Virus record (IMG/VR): IMGVR_UViG_3300025322_000039
Span: 1-48,888 of that record
Length of the DNA: 48,888 nucleotides
Direction: 5' to 3' (one strand)
Source of the DNA: a virus
Taxonomy: Duplodnaviria > Caudoviricetes
Position 1 is the first letter of the stretch, and each line of letters starts with the position of its first letter. Positions 37,681 through 46,603 of the stretch are shown one piece after another. Both the position numbers and the translations under genes were made by a program. The notes below the pieces were generated by a model. It worked only from the letters and a program-made list of their open reading frames with translations. It ran no database searches and was not told the origin of the DNA.

Positions 37681-38636
37681 ATATACTCCTTAAGATCATC
37701 CGGAAGTAAATCGGCGTTTAGTTTCTTGCCAGTTTTCCAGTGTGGTTTATCCTCGTAACTTTTTTCTGCCTTACGGAACAGAGACCTAAAGTTTGGTTCT
37801 TCTTCAACCTTAATGTTTTTTCCGTGTTTCTTTCTCAATTGTGATCCTACTATATGATACAATCCTTGAACATCCGTTAGAAGGATATACTTCACTTCTC
37901 CTGGACCAACTTGTTTCTTAGTAAGGACATACTTCTCTGAGAAAAGGCGGGGGATTTCAGTTTTCAAAGCCTTATATACTTGGAGCTCTGTTCTTTCATC
38001 TACTCCTGTTTCTTCATTCCGTACAATCCTAAGATGGCAAGTCACGAGAAAGTGCCAACTTCCAGAATTTAACTCATAGACCATTGTTGATGAAAGATCA
38101 TACAGTCCAGGATAGTCTCCCTGAGCCAAATGGTCTAACAACTTTCCTCTTTCTTTCATAGATCTTTCTTTATTCTTCTCATGTAACCAGTAGTTCCCAG
38201 CTGTGAGAATCCAACCAGTATAAGAGTCAATAGAAACTGTAGCAAACCGTTCAAGGAATCCTGTGTCCCGATGATTCTCGTACGTTTTCTCCCATTCCAT
38301 ATATGCCTTCGGATTTCTGTTTCCTCCTTCGTCCCAAAATGGTTTGACCACTATCCATCTTTCCTTCATCAGTTTGGGATAGTGAGTCCATAAAACTACA
38401 GTCGATTTTGGGTCAAAGGAATAAATAAGCAACGGCAATGTGGAAGTTCCGAGCATCACTGTTTTACCAACAGTCGGCATTCCCATAAGTAAAGCGCTTA
38501 GTGTAGAAGTTAATGAGTCATCGTGTTTTAATTCTTCATTGCTCATTCCAATGATTCCTTCCATAGAATACATATCTTTGACCTCTCCCTGTGTTTTTTT
38601 AATTACAGGAAGAGAGCCAGTTTTAATTATTTTCAT
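37677..38636 (-). CDS. AAA_24/Sak4-like ATPase (recombination)
   Basis: Walker A GMPTVGKT, SFDP, Walker B VSIDSYT, LVTCH. Confidence 0.75.
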   Translation of the reverse strand: MKIIKTGSLPVIKKTQGEVKDMYSMEGIIGMSNEELKHDDSLTSTLSALLMGMPTVGKTVMLGTSTLPLLIYSFDPKSTVVLWTHYPKLMKERWIVVKPFWDEGGNRNPKAYMEWEKTYENHRDTGFLERFATVSIDSYTGWILTAGNYWLHEKNKERSMKERGKLLDHLAQGDYPGLYDLSSTMVYELNSGSWHFLVTCHLRIVRNEETGVDERTELQVYKALKTEIPRLFSEKYVLTKKQVGPGEVKYILLTDVQGLYHIVGSQLRKKHGKNIKVEEEPNFRSLFRKAEKSYEDKPHWKTGKKLNADLLPDDLKEYI

Positions 38637-39205
38637 CTTAATTCCTTTCTTAATTTATAATATAATAACCTTGTTATCTCGATGTCATACAAAGCATCGT
38701 GAGCCTTTTTCTCATCCACTTCAACCTCAAAAAATTCAGTAACGGTAGAAAGTTTGAAGTCTTTGAAAGTATGTCTGACTTCCATTGCTCTTAGCGCCGC
38801 CAGGTTCATAACATCTATCGGAGGAAAAAAGAACCACGATCCAAAATAACGATCGCCACATTTCTCAAACCATGCTCGTATGAAGTCAGCGTCAAAACGA
38901 GCATTGTAACCGATGAAGTGGAATTTGTCATCTTTGTTGTAGGGATTTATATACTGAGACAAAAATAATTTTTTGAATTGGCTTTGGATAGGAATGGGAT
39001 GATCATAAGATTCGATTGTTTTGTGAGTAAATCGATTGACCTCGAGAGCCTTATCATCAATCTTATCGTATTGAAATGGTGCGATATGGTAATTAAAGCT
39101 CTCTATTTGTTTATCATCAATCTCAACTATTCCACTAAGTTGGACAATACCGTTCTCTTTCGGGTCTAATCCCGTAGTCTCAACATCGACAAATAATAGT
39201 TTCAT
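38633..39205 (-). CDS. DEDDh 3'-5' exonuclease (DnaQ-like)
   Basis: FVDVETTGL, GYNARFD, AHDALYDI. Confidence 0.9.
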   Translation of the reverse strand: MKLLFVDVETTGLDPKENGIVQLSGIVEIDDKQIESFNYHIAPFQYDKIDDKALEVNRFTHKTIESYDHPIPIQSQFKKLFLSQYINPYNKDDKFHFIGYNARFDADFIRAWFEKCGDRYFGSWFFFPPIDVMNLAALRAMEVRHTFKDFKLSTVTEFFEVEVDEKKAHDALYDIEITRLLYYKLRKELR

Positions 39206-39219
39206 TGAACTGGTCTCTC

Positions 39220-39615
39220 TTAGTTTAATCCTCGTTTCACCTTATGTTCACTTTCTGAACGTGAGGAAGGACGATTTTGTAGCTCAATTTGGCGAGCCAG
39301 ATCGAAAGCCATATTTGCAATAATTTTTAAGCAATGCACATTTAGTTTCGGAGGAGCGTCGGGAATGAAAGTTACGACTTGGTTTATAGAAAAAGTTCCT
39401 TCTAAACGTGAATGTGGTGTTGGCAAAACGATTCCATACACAAAATTGACTTTCATTTCTTCTTTGATTAGACCAATCCGTCTCATGATTTCCTCGACAA
39501 TTTGAGAAGGAGAAAGTTCTTTCGGAATGGCTGGATGTTCTGGAGAAGAAGTTGAATGTATCCAGATCTTACCGTCGAAATGAATCTGTTCTCCACAAGT
39601 AACACATAGGTTCAT
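39220..39615 (-). CDS. hypothetical protein with N-terminal C2H2-like motif
   Basis: CVTCG...WIH...HPA. Confidence 0.5.
   Translation of the reverse strand: MNLCVTCGEQIHFDGKIWIHSTSSPEHPAIPKELSPSQIVEEIMRRIGLIKEEMKVNFVYGIVLPTPHSRLEGTFSINQVVTFIPDAPPKLNVHCLKIIANMAFDLARQIELQNRPSSRSESEHKVKRGLN
39241..39265 (-). repeat. dispersed 25-bp palindromic element, copy 3
   Basis: - strand CTCACGTTCA-GAAAG-TGAACATAAG; identical to copy 5. Confidence 0.85.
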
Positions 39616-39980
39616 TTCTCCTCCTTTCTTTTGACGCTAAGATTATAAACCATTGTAAGCCTACATTCATTCATTGCAGTTTCAATCATGTCTGCCGAGC
39701 CTGAACTGTGTCCGTTCCATATAACAACACAAGCGTCTGCATAGTTTGCCATTTCCTTGTTACGAAGCATTCCAGCTCTTCTACCAAATTGATCCCAATC
39801 AGCTTTAAAGACTGTATAGGTGATACCATTAGCTTTTGCGAAACGTTCTCCAAGTTGGTCTACTCCATGAGCTCCACCACTTACAACCTCAGAGATATGC
39901 CAACCAACTTTGAGAAGAACAGCCAGGAGAGTTTCATAGTCATTGAAGTCACGACTTCCTGCAATTATTGTTTTCATCAT
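39612..39980 (-). CDS. SLOG/YspA (DUF2493) family protein
   Basis: IIAGSRDF, VVSGGAHGVD, ADW...GRRAG..RN..MA. Confidence 0.85.
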   Translation of the reverse strand: MMKTIIAGSRDFNDYETLLAVLLKVGWHISEVVSGGAHGVDQLGERFAKANGITYTVFKADWDQFGRRAGMLRNKEMANYADACVVIWNGHSSGSADMIETAMNECRLTMVYNLSVKRKEEK

Positions 39981-41065
39981 TTCTTCCTTTCCTTCATTAT
40001 TGAAAAAAGAAGTCCTGTTTTGAGCTCGGTGTCTTCGACAATAGGCTCCAAGACTTTTTTCCTCTTTCTTAGTTTTCTTTTGTCCACTTTGATTATTTCT
40101 CCAGTTTCAGGATTAATTCTGTTGCTGACTGGATCAGTACGTGGATCCCAATGGTCGTAAATAAACTCGACTGGCGTGTCATCAGGTGTGCGGTAATACC
40201 TGAGAGGATTTGGAGTAGACCAGCAAATTGCAAAGAAGGGACAGATTTTACCATAACTGACACATCCCTCGTCGTTCTGAGGAAATGAAACCATAACTGA
40301 TTGATTGGAATTTTCCTTTAGAGCAACACGAATATGCATTTTGATCTGATCATACCAATATTGGATGTTATGAAGCCATGATTGCATTTGCATCGGAGAT
40401 TTACGGATGAGATGGCGTCGAAATTTTGGCGGAGAAGATTTATAAAGGAATGTTCCATCGACGAGGAGACCTATGACTTCATCAAAATCAGAAAGACAGA
40501 GAAGTCCGTGAATGTATCCAAAAAATTGATTCTTAGATTCCCACTGCTCCGCCCAATATTGAGTCTCTCTTGAGGAAGTTTTATGGTCGATTGCAATGAT
40601 TTTCCCATCAGTACGGCGGCGACTTATCTTATCAATCTTAATGTGAAAAGTGCGATCATCACCAATAGGAACTGGGATTCCTATCTCGCAATAAAGATGT
40701 TCGTAGGCATCGTTTTTATATTTCTCGATATAGTAGCGGTATGCTCGTTCTGCGCTTTGTGGAGACTTTCCTTTTGCAAGTTGCATATCGTTATCAGTCG
40801 ATGGAGAGAACTCTTCTCGATAAAGGGTGAGGAAAGCATTCATTGCTTCATCAAGATTTTCCTTTTTGTAACCTTTGATTCCAAGAACTTCGTGACCTTC
40901 GTGATATGATGCGCCAAAGACAAGATCTATGGAAGGGTAAGGAGACTTCCAACCGAGAATATGCTTGAAAAAACCGTAGCGCATACAGCGCTTGAAATCA
41001 GACATTTTTGAGTTGTCTATGACATCGACGACTGGATCAAGGTGAAGCGCAGTTTGTTTTCTCAT
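39977..41065 (-). CDS. PD-(D/E)XK exonuclease, Cas4/AddB-like with a probable Fe-S cluster
   Basis: N-terminal C.RY, KIDKI...IDHKTS, Q..GY, C-terminal C.....CPF..IC. Confidence 0.8.
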   Translation of the reverse strand: MRKQTALHLDPVVDVIDNSKMSDFKRCMRYGFFKHILGWKSPYPSIDLVFGASYHEGHEVLGIKGYKKENLDEAMNAFLTLYREEFSPSTDNDMQLAKGKSPQSAERAYRYYIEKYKNDAYEHLYCEIGIPVPIGDDRTFHIKIDKISRRRTDGKIIAIDHKTSSRETQYWAEQWESKNQFFGYIHGLLCLSDFDEVIGLLVDGTFLYKSSPPKFRRHLIRKSPMQMQSWLHNIQYWYDQIKMHIRVALKENSNQSVMVSFPQNDEGCVSYGKICPFFAICWSTPNPLRYYRTPDDTPVEFIYDHWDPRTDPVSNRINPETGEIIKVDKRKLRKRKKVLEPIVEDTELKTGLLFSIMKERKK

Positions 41066-41409
41066 AAAGTTTCTGTCTCCGGTATGCTTTTTAGAAAATC
41101 ATCTGCGCTTATTTTAATGTGCACATACTCGCCTTGCTGGTAGTAAAGAACGTTCACCCTGTTTAACTTCTTCCATCCTATAATGAACCCAAGAAGGAAA
41201 TTAAGTATTTGTAAGGAAGTGCAAACAATATAATCATCGGTGGTTATATCTTTTAACTTGTCTACAAAATCTCTTCCGTACTTGTTAATTCGTAGTCCAT
41301 CTACCTTTCCTTCGCTCAAGAAAATGAGCTCTCCATACTTTCTGGCTTCGGAAAAATCATGGAAGGAAGAATTTACAATGAATACACGAGGCTTAGGGAT
41401 GTGATTCAT
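41062..41409 (-). CDS. small Rossmann-like conserved phage protein
   Basis: VFIVNSSFHDFSEARKYGELIFL...DDYIVCTS; ATG 41409 preferred over the track start. Confidence 0.6.
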   Translation of the reverse strand: MNHIPKPRVFIVNSSFHDFSEARKYGELIFLSEGKVDGLRINKYGRDFVDKLKDITTDDYIVCTSLQILNFLLGFIIGWKKLNRVNVLYYQQGEYVHIKISADDFLKSIPETETL

Positions 41410-41683
41410 TGAAAGTTTCCTCTTCGTTGCCAGGTTGAAAAATTTCAGGACAATCAGAAAGCAACTCCTCTGCTGACGGCTTTGGAAAATCTCCACTTGC
41501 AACAAAAGTAAAAGGAATTTCATTTTTAGGAGATAACGCTTCGCATCCTTTATCAAGGATGTGATGAAGCCAAATAGTTTCCCCTATGTTAAGAGTCAGT
41601 TGTCCTGTATTTGCGCCGTTAACAAAAAGTGTTACACGAGCATGTTGCGAATTAAATGAATCGCATCTTAAATGAACTTTCAT
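41393..41683 (-). CDS. hypothetical protein
   Basis: GAGG RBS; HARVTLFVNGANTGQLTL. Confidence 0.6.
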   Translation of the reverse strand: MKVHLRCDSFNSQHARVTLFVNGANTGQLTLNIGETIWLHHILDKGCEALSPKNEIPFTFVASGDFPKPSAEELLSDCPEIFQPGNEEETFNESHP

Positions 41684-41711
41684 TTCTTATTTACCTCATG
41701 TTTAATAGAAT

Positions 41712-41737
41712 CTCTGCCCCCTTTCAAGAGGGCAGAG
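41712..41737 (-). terminator. hairpin/terminator after the 41771-42262 gene
   Basis: CTCTGCCC...GGGCAGAG stem with a T-rich tail on the - strand. Confidence 0.55.
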
Positions 41738-41770
41738 TTATTCTTAATACTTGGTAATCGGAAGAGGCGA

Positions 41771-42262
41771 TTAACTTCTCTGGGCTGTGATTTGCCGAAT
41801 CTTTTCCAGTTTCTTTTCAAGCAGTCTTGTCTCTTCGGCAAGTTCTTCATCCGACTTGTTTGACAGTGAGGAACTCCGTCCTGGCGATGGCTTATATTCT
41901 GCTACGAAAGCATCGAGCTTATCCTTCGATGCTTTCGTCAGATTTCCAGCCTCGGTATATTCTGCAGTCTCCAGAAACCGACGCCCTGCTTCTGCAAGAC
42001 TGAACTTGGCGTGCTCTATTACCAAGTGTTTGGCATAACTGGCATCACCACTGTCAACTGTGATCGATGCTCCAGTCAGCCATTCTACGAAGTCCGGAAA
42101 ATCAGAATCAAACTCTTCTTTTTCTCCGGTGTATTCATAACCTCCGTCCGGTAGAGCGAGAATCGCTTCCTTTCGGTCTTCGGTCATTTTCGAGTCGGCT
42201 TCTGCCGCCTGATTCTTCAGGGACTCGACTCGTCCTGGTGTTAATGAGAAATTGATCTGCAT
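41771..42262 (-). CDS. early protein with C-terminal KSDxEL helix
   Basis: AAGGAGG RBS, its own terminator, C-terminus similar to 44398-44931. Confidence 0.7.
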   Translation of the reverse strand: MQINFSLTPGRVESLKNQAAEADSKMTEDRKEAILALPDGGYEYTGEKEEFDSDFPDFVEWLTGASITVDSGDASYAKHLVIEHAKFSLAEAGRRFLETAEYTEAGNLTKASKDKLDAFVAEYKPSPGRSSSLSNKSDEELAEETRLLEKKLEKIRQITAQRS

Positions 42263-42505
42263 ATTGCAAATCCTCCTTATTTTGGATTATTGGTTTTGGA
42301 GACTTGAGCCTCCGGTTCGTTAATGATGTTTAACGCTTCATTCAAAATTGAATCTTCTATCAAGCCAAAATGAATTGGATAAACTTGTTCGAGAATTGTC
42401 ATTTGAGTTCCAGAACAAAGATGAAAATAAGAGAGATTAGGATGATATAAAGAATGGTTGTTATTAGCAGATCAATTAGTCTGTTAAGGCGTCCAATGTT
42501 TACTC

Positions 42506-42733
42506 TCATATTTTTTCCCCATCGGAGATATTGTCTGGATCATCTTCTGGGATGTATTCAGGAATATCAGGAACATAGATTTCGTCAATGATTTCCCAAT
42601 CGGTTTCACTACTAAGAGCTTTGATTTTTTCTTGCTTTAAAAAAATCTGAAAGGCTAAGTCACTTTCAAGTGGAGCATTGTTAGGTACTTCATACATATA
42701 CCTGATGGTTTCAAGTACTAAGATTCGTTTCAT
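42506..42733 (-). CDS. hypothetical acidic protein
   Basis: 75 aa; AAGGA RBS. Confidence 0.55.
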   Translation of the reverse strand: MKRILVLETIRYMYEVPNNAPLESDLAFQIFLKQEKIKALSSETDWEIIDEIYVPDIPEYIPEDDPDNISDGEKI

Positions 42734-42758
42734 CTCTTTTTCCTTTCTTTAGGTTAAT

Positions 42759-42832
42759 AAAAGGCATCCTTGCTCTCCGTCTTGGGCAATTTTCCAAAGG
42801 AGGGGTTTGTAGTGGAGAACAAGGAGCCTTTT
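42759..42832 (-). terminator. long stem-loop (terminator or RNA processing site)
   Basis: ~19-bp stem with one bulge and one G-U pair on the transcribed strand, 35-nt loop, ends in UUUUAUU. Confidence 0.5.
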
Positions 42833-42836
42833 GGTT

Positions 42837-43016
42837 TTACTTTGATATGTAGGCATTCAACCCTATTACTACTGGTTTTCCTCCTACTTCCGCTGTAGTA
42901 GCAACATTTCCGTACGAGCTTGCCACAACCAAAGTTTTTCCACTTTTGGAAGGGCGTGGCGGGTCTTGAACAGGAATTTCAATTATCAAAATTCCCTTCT
43001 CAATTTTTGCTTTCAT
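42837..43016 (-). CDS. 59-aa conserved small protein (not in the ORF track)
   Basis: translated by hand: MKAKIEKGILIIEIPVQDPPRPSKSGKTLVVASSYGNVATTAEVGGKPVVIGLNAYISK; AAGGAG RBS. Confidence 0.7.
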   Translation of the reverse strand: MKAKIEKGILIIEIPVQDPPRPSKSGKTLVVASSYGNVATTAEVGGKPVVIGLNAYISK

Positions 43017-43040
43017 CTTAGTTCTCCTTTGTTTTTGACA

Positions 43041-43241
43041 TTATAATTTAGTGCGTCGACGAGACACTTTCAGTTTTATTGCCCCAAATAAGAAAACCCG
43101 TCCTTGAATTTTGACTCTGCCCATATGGTAACCATGTACCTGCGTGCTATGATGTAGGGAAATCGGTTCTGCGGCATGTCCTACAAACTTTAATGCTTGT
43201 GGATAATTGCGATCTGTTGGATGCACTTCCGCGAGGGTCAT
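43041..43241 (-). CDS. hypothetical protein
   Basis: AGGAGG RBS. Confidence 0.55.
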   Translation of the reverse strand: MTLAEVHPTDRNYPQALKFVGHAAEPISLHHSTQVHGYHMGRVKIQGRVFLFGAIKLKVSRRRTKL

Positions 43242-43265
43242 TTTTTCCTCCTTCTCTTAGTTTTA

Positions 43266-43436
43266 TTAGTTTCCATACTTTACTGGTTTATTTCTGCGCT
43301 GTAGAAGATTCTTTTTCTCTTCTTGCCATTTCATCCAGGCTGCAGTTTCACTCTTGATATGATATTCTCCCCATGCGAGACCAGATGCGAGGGCAAGGAA
43401 AATATAGATACACGAAACGAAAATTACTTCTGACAT
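43266..43436 (-). CDS. 56-aa membrane-anchored peptide (not in the ORF track)
   Basis: MSEVIFVSCIYIFLALASGLAWGEYH...; GAGG RBS. Confidence 0.5.
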   Translation of the reverse strand: MSEVIFVSCIYIFLALASGLAWGEYHIKSETAAWMKWQEEKKNLLQRRNKPVKYGN

Positions 43437-43507
43437 AATAACACCTCACTTTTAATTTCCGGCATCGTGGGCCGCCGGACTGCCCTGGTTTTGAGTTATA
43501 GTTTAAA

Positions 43508-43918
43508 TTAAGCTTCTTCCTCATGTTCAGAATCTGAACGTGAGGAAAGTTTGATTTCTCTTCTCGCTTTCTCTAAAGAGGAAACGTAGTTCCCCGAAGG
43601 CAAGTTTAACTTAACTTCTTTAGAAACCTTTGTCCGAATATTTTTACGAATATTAAGAAAATCTAAGCTTTTAAGATAAGCTTCTGCTTCCTCATAAGAA
43701 TTAATCGGAAAAGGTAACAGTTTATTGTCCTTAAAGCTTTGTGCAAGAATAGCCAATGCTGTAGCTATCACATCTGATTTACTTCGAATCCGATAATTAT
43801 ATTTGCTCTCAAGCACCGAGATTACAATTGCAAAGTCTTTGAGATCGCCACGAGCGTTGAATACAAACGATGAAGGATAATCTTCGGAAGGTAGGGCGGA
43901 GTGTTTTGTCTTAGTCAT
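43508..43918 (-). CDS. hypothetical protein, possibly RHH-like
   Basis: first gene after the early promoter; FNARGDL...SKSDVIATAL. Confidence 0.55.
   Translation of the reverse strand: MTKTKHSALPSEDYPSSFVFNARGDLKDFAIVISVLESKYNYRIRSKSDVIATALAILAQSFKDNKLLPFPINSYEEAEAYLKSLDFLNIRKNIRTKVSKEVKLNLPSGNYVSSLEKARREIKLSSRSDSEHEEEA
43520..43544 (-). repeat. dispersed 25-bp palindromic element, copy 4
   Basis: - strand CTCACGTTCA-GATTC-TGAACATGAG; stem extended by flanking TTC/GAA. Confidence 0.85.
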
Positions 43919-43970
43919 GGTTAATTACTCTTTTAAGGTTCTGTTCCTTAGACGGAGTCCGGCACGTTGA

Positions 43971-43999
43971 AATTTACAACCGGCGGGAGCGGAAAGCAA
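43971..43999 (-). promoter_or_regulatory. sigma70-type promoter for the early/replication arm
   Basis: - strand TTGCTT (43999-43994), 17 nt, TAAATT (43976-43971). Confidence 0.5.
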
Positions 44000-44079
44000 G
44001 CGCAAAGTTTGCGCACCAAAAATTTGCGCGGCTTTTGGTAAACGTTTGTTCACCAATTATAACAAAAGCACAGACGGCA

Positions 44080-44307
<228 letters not shown>

Positions 44308-44348
44308 GTAACAACCAAAATTTTGTAATTTTGTAACCCAAACCGGAC

Positions 44349-44387
44349 AAAAAAAACCCTTAACCATTTATAGGCTAAGGGTTTTTT
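44349..44387 (-). terminator. bidirectional-type intrinsic terminator
   Basis: AAAAAAAACCCTTAACC-ATTTATA-GGCTAAGGGTTTTTT directly after the 44398 stop. Confidence 0.75.
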
Positions 44388-44397
44388 CAAAGCGGGT

Positions 44398-44931
44398 TTA
44401 GACCGTCTCTCCTCCCCGTGACCGTTTTGTCTTCTCCGCCTCAATCTTTGCCATTCTCTTCATCAGCTTTTCCGTTTCTGAGTCAAGTTCTGCATCTGAC
44501 TTTTTAGTCAGGTTGGAATCCCGCTGGTTTCTTCCGTCGAGTAAATCCCTGACGTTGACGGTTATTGCTTTTGGCATTTCAACGATCTCAGCCAAAGTAT
44601 TCTTTGTGAGCTCGTTGTTATACCAAAGCTTGAAAACGGGAGTCTGAGTCAAGTTCAACGCCAGAAGTTCTTCAACGCTAACGTCTTTGAAATCGAACGT
44701 TACCGTTTTGGCTATCTTCTCCATAACCGCTTCGTGAGCTTCTTCTGGGGTTGTGTACTTAGCCTTAAATTCCTGCTCGTACTGCTCCGACTTGATCTCG
44801 GTTTTGCCTTTCTCATCCCGCTTGCAACCGAAGTAGATAACCGTTATCGTCCTTCGGATTGAATCCAGTCCATATTCTTTGGCATCTTGAATAGTATGCT
44901 GGAACCTGTTGGCTTTGGCTTTAGTAACCAT
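44398..44931 (-). CDS. isolated early protein with C-terminal KSDxEL helix
   Basis: ATG 44931 with AAAGGG RBS; its own terminator. Confidence 0.7.
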   Translation of the reverse strand: MVTKAKANRFQHTIQDAKEYGLDSIRRTITVIYFGCKRDEKGKTEIKSEQYEQEFKAKYTTPEEAHEAVMEKIAKTVTFDFKDVSVEELLALNLTQTPVFKLWYNNELTKNTLAEIVEMPKAITVNVRDLLDGRNQRDSNLTKKSDAELDSETEKLMKRMAKIEAEKTKRSRGGETV

Positions 44932-45458
44932 TGTTAAGCCCCTTTCTTTAATAGAAATTAGTAAGAAAAAAGGCATTCATAGCAATGTACTTAGGTATGC
45001 CAAACCAAACCCAAGATAACGCTTCATTCTTTGCGCCCATTATCGCAACCCGCTGGTTACTTTAGTGACGGCTGTATGTCAAAGACCTGGCAACATAGAT
45101 ACAAACCTTGTGCCAACACTGTAACTTCAATAAAAACAACGATCGTACTCTTTACCAAGTGGGAAAAATGTTTCCTCAGCACCGGCAATTTGTTTCCCAG
45201 CGAATACTTTGCACGCCTGCGCAAATTCTGACCGAAACGTTTGACACGAGCCTGGCTTGTTTCCTGAGGCTAACCAATCTCTTCCACATCCGGAACACCA
45301 AACCGATCCTTTCTACCTACACAACCTCTTGAGATAAACCCCACCCTTTGGGGAAGTAACGTGAGCTTTCCCTATATACCCTTCCTTTCACATTTTGTCA
45401 GTACTTTTCAACGATCATTAGCCAGAAAATGTGAAATGCCTTTTGTGGTAGTGGGTAA

Positions 45459-45483
45459 CTCACGTTCAGAAAGTGAACATAAG
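45459..45483 (+). repeat. dispersed 25-bp palindromic element, copy 5
   Basis: CTCACGTTCA-GAAAG-TGAACATAAG upstream of the TerS-like gene. Confidence 0.85.
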
Positions 45484-45608
45484 GAAGAAACTGTCGGAAA
45501 AGGTTCCACAACGGTTACACCTAACGGAACGGAATTTTCCCGAATTTTTTTCTTGCACAACGGTAAGACTTGTCGTATCTTGTGGGCAAAGAAAGAACGG
45601 AAGAAAAA

Positions 45609-46271
45609 ATGGCTCTCGTTGACTTTGAAAAGCGCCGTAAGGAAATTGAACAACGCCTTATGGAAGTGCAAATGGAAAAAGAACGCCGGATTCGGAATGG
45701 AAAACCGAATCCGAAAATTATTCCTATGCTTGCAGGATCGGATCCGGAATCTGACGATGATGACGTTGTTGTGTCTGAAGTTGCAAAGGACAACGAAGAT
45801 ATTCTTAAAATTTGGGGGCATTGGCGTGAGATTGCTCGCCTTGCCGCCGTAGGTTACAAACAACAGGAGATTTGTAAGATTCTTAATCTTTCAACTTCTT
45901 GCGTTTGGACCGCTCTGAATAGGAATCCACTTGTTAGAGAACAAATTCTTCTCCTGCAAGGTAAGCGAGATATAACTGCTACCGATGTGCAGAAACGTGT
46001 TAAGGCTATGCAGCCTCTTGCAATTGAAGTTCTCGAGCAAGATTTACTCCGCCACCCTACGTCATTAGGTGAAAAAAGACTTAGAAATGACACTGCCAAA
46101 TATGTATCTGCAATGGGAGGTAATGGTCCAGTTCAAAAGCAGTTACACGGTCATGCTTTTTTTACTAAGGACGATTTGGATGAAATAAACAAAAGGGCGG
46201 AGGAGATAAGAAAAGGAAAACTTAAAGTTGAAGAACTGGAGGAAATAGAGTATGAAGAAGCTTCTTCTTAG
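45609..46271 (+). CDS. putative terminase small subunit (segment B), HTH-containing
   Basis: REIARLAAVGYKQQEICKILNLSTSCVW HTH, oligomerisation helices AIEVLEQ...RLRNDTAKYV, acidic tail; first gene of the rightward late arm. Confidence 0.6.
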   Translation: MALVDFEKRRKEIEQRLMEVQMEKERRIRNGKPNPKIIPMLAGSDPESDDDDVVVSEVAKDNEDILKIWGHWREIARLAAVGYKQQEICKILNLSTSCVWTALNRNPLVREQILLLQGKRDITATDVQKRVKAMQPLAIEVLEQDLLRHPTSLGEKRLRNDTAKYVSAMGGNGPVQKQLHGHAFFTKDDLDEINKRAEEIRKGKLKVEELEEIEYEEASS

Positions 46272-46602
46272 CTTCGCTTTTCTTATAGTTTTTATCGCTC
46301 CTTCGCTGTCGTTTGGACAGTTTGCACTTTATTCGTGGACTGATACGACTTCTGTTACAACAAGTCAGAAGATTGTTACTGCTTCGATAGTTTATCAGCA
46401 TCTCATAGTTTACGCCGATACAGTAGATGTAATGTTAAAGTGGAACACGGCGAAGACTTATATTCTTTTGAAACAGGGAACTTTCTGGTCATTTGGTCCA
46501 TCGGATAAAGTTTCGACTCTTTATTTAAAAACAGTTGCGGGAACTGGATTGGTTTATACTGCTGGATTAAAGACACAGTCCCAACCATCGGTGGGGTTCT
46601 GA
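46252..46602 (+). CDS. signal-peptide protein, small beta-sandwich
   Basis: MKKLLLSFAFLIVFIAPSLSFG|Q; mature part beta-rich. Confidence 0.7.
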   Translation: MKKLLLSFAFLIVFIAPSLSFGQFALYSWTDTTSVTTSQKIVTASIVYQHLIVYADTVDVMLKWNTAKTYILLKQGTFWSFGPSDKVSTLYLKTVAGTGLVYTAGLKTQSQPSVGF

Positions 46603-46603
46603 A

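Noticed and set aside
39977-41065. Cas4-like nuclease as evidence for a CRISPR-Cas system
   Set aside because: No cas1/cas2 and no repeat-spacer array in the window; solo Cas4-like exonucleases are common in phage recombination modules.
42270-42510. tRNA or ncRNA in the gap between 42262 and 42506
   Set aside because: No cloverleaf or T-loop context; the gap is filled by two tiny coupled ORFs (36-aa hydrophobic and 41-aa), too weakly supported to list as features.
45031-45863. ORFs 45031-45231, 45108-45332, 45361-45852, 45408-45863 and 45521-45793
   Set aside because: Shadow or intergenic ORFs without RBS; several overlap the better-supported TerS-like gene.
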